A DNA stretch of 24,000 nucleotides from Sediminibacterium sp. (GCA_030054095.1 JASGCO010000010.1:102865-126864); one strand, 5' to 3'. Shown: positions 17,424-22,704, numbered from the stretch's first letter. Made by a program: numbers and translations. Notes: generated by a model not told the origin, from the sequence alone.

Positions 17424-17563
17424 AAACAGGTTAAGAACGGATAAACGCTTATTTTGTGCTCTAACCAACTGAGCTACACGTTAACCCTTAATAGGATTAA
17501 AAGTGGATGGGCTCGAACCACCGACCGCAAAAGCCGAAGTAAGTTTATTCTACGACACTGTTT
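17424..17563 (-). ncRNA. Y-RNA-like domain a: bulged long stem plus a permuted tRNA-like core (17452..17532)
   Basis: AAACAG-(9 nt)-ATAAAC-(8 nt)-GC-TTTTG-CGGTC-[GGTGG-TTCGAGC-CCATC]-[CAC..TTAATCC-TATTAA-GGGTTAA..GTG]-TA-[GCTC-AGTTGGTTA-GAGC]-A-CAAAA-TAA-GC-GTTTAT-(11 nt)-CTGTTT. The stems pair as AAACAG/CTGTTT, ATAAAC/GTTTAT and TTTTG/CAAAA. Confidence 0.6.
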
Positions 17564-17649
17564 AATAGGTATAAGAAGCAAAAGCAGGCGAAAGGAATAA
17601 GACACGTTCATTATCAGCGAAGTAAGTCTTATAAACGGCACTGCGTTTG

Positions 17650-17757
17650 TTTGAAAAGCAAGGGTAACGTATGTGTTTCCATCTCTGAATACAGAGAGGA
17701 TAAGGAGTCGAACCTTAATATTTGCCAGAAGTAACACACGTTTACGGCATTTTCAAA
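17650..17757 (-). ncRNA. Y-RNA-like domain d (108 nt): long bulged stem topped by a T arm and closed acceptor-like hairpin, with no D arm
   Basis: TTTGAAAA-TGCC-GTAAACGTGTGTT-ACTTCTGGCAAATAT-[TAAGG-TTCGACT-CCTTA]-[TCCTCTCTG-TATT-CAGAGATGGA]-AACACATACGTTAC-CCTTGC-TTTTCAAA. The outer 8-bp and inner ~12-bp stems are separated by an internal loop. Confidence 0.5.
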
Positions 17758-17931
17758 GCGATGACGAACACTTTCCATAGAGTAATACTTTCACAGGTGG
17801 GATTTTTCGTATAAGGATTTGCACCTTTCCTGTATGCGTTACCAAACAGGCCCTTCCCTTTCTAATGGTCGAAGTATCCTGTACTCACGACATCTATGTA
17901 AGCAGTTCGTCAATAGTTTGCTTCTTATTTT

Positions 17932-17948
17932 CAATATGTAAAAGAACG
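17932..17948 (-). repeat. 17-mer CAATATGTAAAAGAACG, copy 2
   Basis: Exact copy of 17021..17037. Begins 3 nt after the 3' end of tRNA-like remnant c. Confidence 0.85.
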
Positions 17949-17951
17949 ATG

Positions 17952-18060
17952 TGGCCCTGATGAGATTCGAACTCATATTTTCGTAACGAACAGTATGGCT
18001 GCAAATACGCTTCCCTACTTTGTTTCCATTTCGGTGCACTGTAAACTGAGCCCTTCGCAA
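17952..18060 (-). ncRNA. tRNA-like remnant c: D-arm-like and T-arm elements in normal order with a ~36-nt excess between them and an unpaired acceptor
   Basis: GCTC-AGTTTACA-GTGC (18036-18051), then ATGAG-TTCGAAT-CTCAT (17960-17976), then CAGGGCC-A. No complementary 5' acceptor strand was found. The 3' trailer is the same as that of tRNA-Tyr. Confidence 0.35.
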
Positions 18061-18146
18061 CGCGCAGTCACGCCGGGATTATCCATACACTCCGCGGACA
18101 GATTAAATTTTTCCGCAGCTTTTCCTTTTAAGCTACAGAGCCTTTT

Positions 18147-18176
18147 AAAACCCCGCCGTCCCCATTAACGGCGGGG
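18147..18176 (-). terminator. Rho-independent terminator of rsr
   Basis: Minus read CCCCGCCGT-TAATGGGG-ACGGCGGGG followed by TTTT, starting 4 nt after the rsr stop. Confidence 0.85.
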
Positions 18177-18179
18177 TGA

Positions 18180-19697
18180 TTATAGCGGTAGCTGTTTTAT
18201 TACTTCTACCGCGCTGCTTCCGTTTTCAAGCGCGTCCAGAACGTCAAACACTTTATCAGACCATCCTGCAATCAGCCAGACATCTTTCTGCAACAGGTTT
18301 ACAGGTGTAGTGCCATATCCGGCTAAGTCAAACAGATACAATCGGGCGGCAGGTGCCAGTAATTTATATTGCATCCAGGCTTTTTGCATGCTATGGTTAC
18401 CACCTTTACTGTTCCAAAGTTGACAATCAGTAAAAAGGACAACTTTATCCATCACCAGTTTACGTTTAATCAGATCTTCGATAACCAGATGACCATTGGT
18501 GGCATACCCCACTTCACCTTCCCGTTTATAAAAAGCGTTTACATTTGCCAATACGTTACGGGATGGCATGTTCACTACTTTCCATTTATCTCCGAACATG
18601 CCACTGATGACGGTTTCACATTTTGACTGCAGTAACATGGCCAACATTAAACCAATATCGTAAAGCAGTATTTTACTTTTGGGCGATATAGGCTTCTGCA
18701 TGGAGCCAGACACATCACAGGCAATCAGTACACGCGCATCCTTATCGAACCCCTTCATGTTTACCACACTCTGGCTAACAGCATCTTCCAGTGCATTAAG
18801 CAATTTGGAAGTATGCCAGGAACTAACACTGCTTAATTCGCGGTAAGCAGCCAGAAAACGGAATGGTAACTGCTTTGAGTTAGCGACTGCTTTGCTGTCG
18901 CTTAACGTGGCGCATACTATTCCGATATGTTTCCCAGACACACCGGCTTCCAGTATGTTGCGCAGATTTCGTAACAGCGCCATGTACCCCAACTGCCCAC
19001 TATCGATCAACTCCTCCCATTTTGCTGTAAACGCTTTATTTTTCGCTTTCATGGTTTCGAATTTCTGTTGCCCAAGCGCCGATAATTCCGTTTCCCAGGT
19101 ATATGGTGTAGCCAAAGTGCCAGCGGCTATTTTATTGAACAGTGTTTGCTGGCGTTCATCTTTTGCTTTAGGATGAACCAGAAACAACGCGTCGCGTAGC
19201 CTTATTTCGCCGGAGCGATCGTACTTGGCAAACTGGTATTCATCAAACTGATTAAATGCCAATGATAAACCCTTTTGGACCTGTTTCGACAATCTGTTTA
19301 ATTTTTTTACGCCATGCCGTTTGTTTGCCAATTGATAGTAAGCCAGCAATTCGGTTATTTCGTCGGCCCGTTTTACGACCTGATGAATCGTTTTGCTCAC
19401 CAGTGAAGTTCCGGCATGCCGCTTTGCCATCTCAACCGCCAGTACCATAGGAATGCTCCGTAAATGCATTTGATGACGTGCATAAATGGCCAGGCGGGCT
19501 ATATACTCAGGATCATTCTTCAACATCAGATCCTGAATGCGCGCTAAACGATCACTTCCTTTTTCGTAAAAGGTATCACTTAACGCGGCAGTAGATACGG
19601 CGGCATACAATTCCATTTCAGGACTCATGCTGTAAGCTGCAGCCTCTTCATGGTTCAGAGTGCTGTTCGCATTTCGTTTTAAGATGTTGAATTTCAT
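18180..19697 (-). CDS. rsr: Ro60 orthologue (Rsr): TROVE domain plus vWA domain
   Basis: 505 aa. N-terminal TROVE-type HEAT-repeat region (HEEAAAYSMSPEMELY..LSDTFYE..), C-terminal vWA with MIDAS DxSxS (CDVSGSM). Flanked by tRNA-like RNAs, as at known rsr loci. Confidence 0.85.
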   Translation of the reverse strand: MKFNILKRNANSTLNHEEAAAYSMSPEMELYAAVSTAALSDTFYEKGSDRLARIQDLMLKNDPEYIARLAIYARHQMHLRSIPMVLAVEMAKRHAGTSLVSKTIHQVVKRADEITELLAYYQLANKRHGVKKLNRLSKQVQKGLSLAFNQFDEYQFAKYDRSGEIRLRDALFLVHPKAKDERQQTLFNKIAAGTLATPYTWETELSALGQQKFETMKAKNKAFTAKWEELIDSGQLGYMALLRNLRNILEAGVSGKHIGIVCATLSDSKAVANSKQLPFRFLAAYRELSSVSSWHTSKLLNALEDAVSQSVVNMKGFDKDARVLIACDVSGSMQKPISPKSKILLYDIGLMLAMLLQSKCETVISGMFGDKWKVVNMPSRNVLANVNAFYKREGEVGYATNGHLVIEDLIKRKLVMDKVVLFTDCQLWNSKGGNHSMQKAWMQYKLLAPAARLYLFDLAGYGTTPVNLLQKDVWLIAGWSDKVFDVLDALENGSSAVEVIKQLPL

Positions 19698-19751
19698 AAA
19701 TTCTGTTTTTAGTACTATTTGTTTTATTTAACACGACAAAGGTTATATGTA

Positions 19752-19774
19752 AGTGCGCAGTGGTATTGCGTAGT
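19752..19774. promoter_or_regulatory. Operator-like imperfect palindrome, site 1 (AGTGCGCAG-N6-TGCGTAGT)
   Basis: 17/23 identical to site 2. Lies 55-77 nt upstream of the rsr start in the rsr/WYL divergent intergenic region. Confidence 0.4.
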
Positions 19775-19864
19775 AAAACATTTTTTTGTAAAAACCGCCA
19801 GATACTATTTAAACGATTGATATTCAATGTGTAAATTTCAAAGCGATTCAACCGGATGTATTAA

Positions 19865-19887
19865 ACTGCGCAGATAGATTGCGCAGT
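19865..19887. promoter_or_regulatory. Operator-like palindrome, site 2 (ACTGCGCAG-ATAGAT-TGCGCAGT)
   Basis: Inverted repeat AACTGCGCA(19864-19872)/TGCGCAGTT(19880-19888), 48 nt upstream of the WYL-regulator start. It is followed by a T-run, so a hairpin or attenuator is an alternative reading. Confidence 0.45.
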
Positions 19888-19935
19888 TTTTAATTTTTTT
19901 GCATCTTTAAACGCATTAACTACTGCTATAAACCT

Positions 19936-20955
19936 ATGCCAATCAACAAACTTGCGCTTATCCGCTACAAAACCATTGATAATTGCCTGCAAAACCGATT
20001 CCGTAAATGGACGCTGGACGACCTGATGGAGGCGTGTTCAGATGCTCTGTACGAGTACGAGGGAATTACCAGGGGTATTAGCCGGCGAACGCTTCAGATG
20101 GATTTACAAGCCATGCGAAGTGAAAAACTGGGCTATAACGCGCCCATTGTAGTAACCGATAAAAAGTACTACAGTTACGAGGACAAAAATTACAGCATTA
20201 CCAATAGTCCGCTTAATAGTCAGGATTTAGGAACCTTAACGGAAGTGCTGGGGGTATTGCAACAGTTTAAAGGGTTTAGCTATTTTGAAGAACTAACCGG
20301 AATGGTAACCCGTCTGGAGGATAAATTGTATAAACAGCAGCACAAAGGTCAATCGTATATTGACTTTGAAAAGAATGAATTACTGAGGGGCCTTAATCAC
20401 ATTGATGGATTGCATAAAGCAATCATTCAAAGGCAGACCCTTGAAGTGGTTTATCAGTCTTTTAAAGCCCGTGAAGCACAAGTGCTGGTGTTCTATCCGT
20501 ATTTGCTAAAAGAGTACCGGAACCGCTGGTTTCTTTTGGGGGTTAGCCGCAAAGGGAAAAGCGTGATGATACTGGCTTTGGATCGTATCGTACAATTTAA
20601 ATCAGTTCCTACGGAAAAATACCATAAGCCCGGGTTTGATGTGACTGCCTATTTTAGTGATGTTATAGGTGTGTCAAAGGTTCCTGATCAAAAACCGATT
20701 AATGTAGTTTTAAAGATCATACGCGAACACGCGCCTTACATCATTACCAAGCCCATACACCCCTCTCAGAAAATTCTGAAAGAGGAAAGGGATGGCACTA
20801 TTTTCTCACTGGATGTGATCTGGAATTTTGAACTTGAGCGCGAAATTCTTGGATTTGGCGAACAAATCAAAGTCTTGGCTCCCAAACGTCTGGCAGGGAA
20901 GATAATCAGTCGCCTGAAAAAAAGCACCATGCAGTATCAGGAAAGGGCTGATTAA
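19936..20955 (+). CDS. WYL-domain transcriptional regulator (N-terminal HTH, central WYL, C-terminal extension)
   Basis: 339 aa. N-terminal winged-HTH-like segment (RYKTIDNCL..ISRRTLQMDLQAMR). WYL core YPYLLKEYRNRWFLLGV. Confidence 0.8.
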   Translation: MPINKLALIRYKTIDNCLQNRFRKWTLDDLMEACSDALYEYEGITRGISRRTLQMDLQAMRSEKLGYNAPIVVTDKKYYSYEDKNYSITNSPLNSQDLGTLTEVLGVLQQFKGFSYFEELTGMVTRLEDKLYKQQHKGQSYIDFEKNELLRGLNHIDGLHKAIIQRQTLEVVYQSFKAREAQVLVFYPYLLKEYRNRWFLLGVSRKGKSVMILALDRIVQFKSVPTEKYHKPGFDVTAYFSDVIGVSKVPDQKPINVVLKIIREHAPYIITKPIHPSQKILKEERDGTIFSLDVIWNFELEREILGFGEQIKVLAPKRLAGKIISRLKKSTMQYQERAD

Positions 20956-21072
20956 TGTATGCCCGTGTTATACTACTATAGTGACTCAATTTTGCCCAAA
21001 ATTTTCTCTGGAAAAGTTGGGCTAAATATGCCAGATGCAAGTTCCGGCTTAGGCTATAGGGTAACATATAAC

Positions 21073-21089
21073 CAATATGTCAAAGAACA
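21073..21089 (-). repeat. Variant copy of the 17-mer (CAATATGTCAAAGAACA)
   Basis: 15/17 match to 17021..17037. Starts 2 nt after the CCA end of tRNA-Tyr on the transcribed strand. Confidence 0.7.
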
Positions 21090-21091
21090 TG

Positions 21092-21178
21092 TGGTGGGAA
21101 TGGTAGGATTCGAACCTACTCAGCCCAAAGGCAACAGATTTACAGTCTGTCCCGGCTCTCCAGCTCCGGCGCATTCCC
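21092..21178 (-). tRNA. tRNA-Tyr (anticodon GTA), class II, with encoded CCA
   Basis: GGGAATG-CG-CCGG-AGCTGGAGAG-CCGG-G-ACAGA-CTGTAAA-TCTGT-TGCCTTTGGGCTGA-GTAGG-TTCGAAT-CCTAC-CATTCCC-A-CCA. Confidence 0.9.
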
Positions 21179-21244
21179 AGATAGACGCAATAAAATGAAG
21201 GTGGGAGTCGTGTGTTTCATTGCGTCTGGGTTAATGGTTGTTTA

Positions 21245-21763
21245 CTAAAAGAAGAAGAAACGCTTTTCAATTAATCCGTTTTTTGTTTTAAGGCGTTCCA
21301 TACTTTCCAGTAGTGTATCCATTTCTTGTTTGTTAAGTGCATAGCGAATGGCCATTTTATAGGCTTGCGTCGCTTGTTTGTAGTGTTCGTTTACTTCATA
21401 CGATCGTCCCATTAAGGTGTATAGTATGTTTTTATTAACCCCTTCTACTGTAAGGACTTTTTCTGTATGTTCGATCAGCGCAGTATGCCGGTTCATAAAA
21501 AGCAGTAAGTGCGCCATGTTCAGGTAACCTGCCGGATACATGGGATCGAAGCGTATGGCCAGTCCATAATGATACTCTGCTTTTTCATAGTCATCCAGTT
21601 TGGCAAAGTACAGCCAACCCAAATGGTTATGCGCTTTGCCAAAGCCGGGTTCACTTTCCAGCAGTTCTTCCAGAATCTTTTTTCCTTCTGGAAATTCTCC
21701 CTTACTAAAATGATCGTCAACTTTTAAAAACAGTTCTTCGATCCATGAAGCATTCGTTTTCAT
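21245..21763 (-). CDS. Tetratricopeptide-repeat (TPR) protein
   Basis: 172 aa with repeated A/Y/L-spaced helical pairs (AHNHLGWLYF..YEKAEYHYGLAIRFDP; YTLMGRSYEV..YKQATQAYKMAI). Confidence 0.7.
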   Translation of the reverse strand: MKTNASWIEELFLKVDDHFSKGEFPEGKKILEELLESEPGFGKAHNHLGWLYFAKLDDYEKAEYHYGLAIRFDPMYPAGYLNMAHLLLFMNRHTALIEHTEKVLTVEGVNKNILYTLMGRSYEVNEHYKQATQAYKMAIRYALNKQEMDTLLESMERLKTKNGLIEKRFFFF

Positions 21764-21818
21764 ATCGCGTGTTTAAATAGTCTTTTACCTACTGTTGCAC
21801 ATGGCAACTTTACGTTTG

Positions 21819-21892
21819 CCGATTCATCAGGAGTCGAACCTGAAACCCCCGGCTTCGTAAACCGGTGCTCTGTCCAATTGAGCTATGAATCG
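21819..21892 (-). tRNA. tRNA-Arg (anticodon ACG)
   Basis: CGATTCA-TA-GCTC-AATTGGACA-GAGC-A-CCGGT-TTACGAA-GCCGG-GGGTT-TCAGG-TTCGACT-CCTGA-TGAATCG-G. Followed by a CAAAC trailer. Confidence 0.9.
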
Positions 21893-21972
21893 TTGATACG
21901 AACAGGGACAGCAGTTTAGCATGTCGTATTGTATTTAGCAGTGCGTTACATTCCTACCCTCCGTTCATTTTG

Positions 21973-22045
21973 TTGAGATAACAGGGATTGAACCTGTAGC
22001 CTTCTGCGTATAAGGCAGCTGCTCTTACCATTGAGCTATATCTCA
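21973..22045 (-). tRNA. tRNA with anticodon TAT (Ile, AUA-reading type)
   Basis: TGAGATA-TA-GCTC-AATGGTAA-GAGC-A-GCTGC-CTTATAC-GCAGA-AGGCT-ACAGG-TTCAATC-CCTGT-TATCTCA-A. One G:A at 27:43, otherwise canonical. Confidence 0.75.
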
Positions 22046-22050
22046 GTTTG

Positions 22051-22200
22051 CGGAGAGTACAGGAATCGAACCCCCTCTCTACGAGTGCTCAAGTTTTCAT
22101 GCCGGTGTTTTCGGCAGGAAGCATGTTGCGGTCATTTGGCATTTTATTTAGGCAAATGACCGGAGCAAGACTTGTTGTACACCATGTACGCTACTCTCCG
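22051..22200 (-). ncRNA. 150-nt tRNA-like RNA with a Ser-type 8-9 bp acceptor stem, compact D hairpin, weak T arm and a ~85-nt structured insertion at the anticodon-loop position
   Basis: 5' CGGAGAGTA pairs with 3' TACTCTCCG. D hairpin GTACA-TGG-TGTAC. CAAGT/ACTTG stem enclosing hairpins CGGTCATTTG..CAAATGACCG (10 bp) and TGCCG-AAAACAC-CGGCA. T region GGGGG-TTCGATT-CCTGT has mismatches. 3' trailer CAAAC. Confidence 0.4.
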
Positions 22201-22204
22201 TTAG

Positions 22205-22273
22205 CCGGTCAGGACAAATGGAAATAGCTTTTTTTTGGGAAAGCAGCCATTGTTCCATCTGCCTGATAACCGG
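22205..22273 (-). ncRNA. 69-nt rod-like imperfect hairpin filling one slot of the tRNA array
   Basis: CCGGT-TAT-CAGG..ATGGAA..(A/U-rich loop)..TTCCAT..CCTG-ACCGG. Not a cloverleaf. Confidence 0.4.
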
Positions 22274-22277
22274 CAAG

Positions 22278-22350
22278 GTTGAGATAAGGGAATCGAACCC
22301 TTATTTACTGCGCCACAAGCAGTCGTGCTAACCGTTACACTAATCTCAAC
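22278..22350 (-). tRNA. tRNA-His (anticodon GTG) with encoded G-1
   Basis: G-TTGAGAT-TA-GTGT-AACGGTTA-GCAC-G-ACTGC-TTGTGGC-GCAGT-AAAT-AAGGG-TTCGATT-CCCTT-ATCTCAA-C. The G-1:C73 pair is the bacterial His identity feature. Confidence 0.9.
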
Positions 22351-22356
22351 GTGTTA

Positions 22357-22428
22357 ACGACTCATCATGATTTGAACCTGAACCTCCGGCTCCGTAGGCT
22401 GACGCTCTGTCCATTGAGCTATGAATCG
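22357..22428 (-). tRNA. Degenerate paralogue of tRNA-Arg(ACG); possible pseudogene
   Basis: CGATTCA-TA-GCTC-AATGGACA-GAGC-G-TCAGC-CTACGGA-GCCGG-AGGT-TCAGG-TTCAAAT-CATGA-TGAGTCG-T. Same acceptor and D arm as 21819..21892, but with A:C in the anticodon stem, G:A in the T stem, and discriminator T instead of G. Confidence 0.5.
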
Positions 22429-22434
22429 TTTATG

Positions 22435-22507
22435 TGGACACGAATGGAGTTGCACCATTTTCTCACCGTCTTCAGCGGCGCGCATATACTACATCTGCTA
22501 CATGTCC
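22435..22507 (-). tRNA. tRNA-Phe-like (anticodon GAA) with non-canonical D and T loops
   Basis: GGACATG-TA-GCA-GATGTAGTATA-TGC-G-CGCCG-CTGAAGA-CGGTG-AGAA-AATGG-TGCAACT-CCATT-CGTGTCC-A. Good stems, but no GG in the D loop and TGC instead of TTC in the T loop. Confidence 0.5.
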
Positions 22508-22513
22508 GTTTTG

Positions 22514-22585
22514 TCGGGAAAGCAGGACTCGAACCTGCAACCCCGGGCACCCAAAGCCCGGCTTCTGACATTGAATTATTTCCCG
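22514..22585 (-). tRNA. tRNA-Pro-like (anticodon TGG) with a D loop lacking GG
   Basis: CGGGAAA-TA-ATTC-AATGTCA-GAAG-C-CGGGC-TTTGGGT-GCCCG-GGGTT-GCAGG-TTCGAGT-CCTGC-TTTCCCG-A. Confidence 0.6.
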
Positions 22586-22610
22586 TATATAAAAGAACGT
22601 TTTGCGTTTG

Positions 22611-22698
22611 CGGAGAATTGAGTTCCCGACACTCATTCTTTCGATGAAAGAACGCTTTGTTTAGCAAACAAGCCCGGACCCCGTCCGGTTAATTCTCC
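22611..22698 (-). tRNA. 88-nt Sec/allo-tRNA-like cloverleaf (8-bp acceptor, 6-bp D stem, long variable arm, 4-bp T stem), Ser-type acceptor, anticodon GCT
   Basis: GGAGAATT-AA-CCGGAC-GGG-GTCCGG-GCTTGT-TTGCTAA-ACAAAGC-G-TTCTTTC-ATC-GAAAGAA-T-GAGT-GTCGGGA-ACTC-AATTCTCC-G, followed by CAAAC. Confidence 0.45.
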
Positions 22699-22704
22699 AA
22701 ATTG

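Noticed and set aside
16721-17563. Genuine circularly permuted tRNA genes of the kind processed into functional tRNAs in some algae
   Set aside because: The acceptor-like helices are closed by only 4-15 nt loops, with no discriminator or CCA context and no RNase P/Z-compatible junction. The anticodon loop is absent in three of the four units. The Y-RNA-type mimic is the better explanation.
16480-18060. Track ORFs 16480..16965(+), 16841..17023(-), 17474..17737(-) and 17839..18060(-) as protein-coding genes
   Set aside because: They run straight through tRNA-Lys and the tRNA-like modules. Their translations are low-complexity and they have no recognisable domains. The region is better explained as structured RNA.
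17952-18060. tmRNA (ssrA) or a two-piece tmRNA acceptor piece
   Set aside because: It has a T arm and 3' acceptor strand, but no complementary 5' GGGG-type acceptor strand, no encoded CCA, no tag reading frame and no pseudoknot series.
16400-18150. RNase P RNA or 6S RNA in the long non-coding stretch
   Set aside because: No GAGGAAAGTCC-type P4 elements or other RNase P universal motifs were seen. There is also no 6S-like long closed duplex with a central bubble.
19864-19900. Rho-independent terminator on the plus strand (9-bp stem plus T-run)
   Set aside because: There is no plus-strand gene upstream to terminate. It sits in the divergent promoter region and has a near-duplicate 113 bp away, so an operator or attenuator role is favoured. 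It is kept as an alternative in the findings.
22051-22200. Group I or group II intron inside a tRNA gene
   Set aside because: The insertion is only about 85 nt, far below the size of self-splicing introns. It lacks recognisable P-helix or domain V features.
20959-22667. Track ORFs 20959..21198(+), 22351..22647(+), 22421..22621(+) and 22419..22667(-) as coding
   Set aside because: Each overlaps one or more clear tRNA cloverleaves, for example tRNA-Tyr and the His/Arg/Phe/Pro block. They are artefacts of stop-poor tRNA sequence.
22611-22698. Selenocysteine tRNA (selC)
   Set aside because: The 8-bp acceptor, 6-bp D stem and long variable arm fit, but the anticodon loop reads TTGCTAA (GCT, not TCA). 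No selA, selB or selD genes are in the window.
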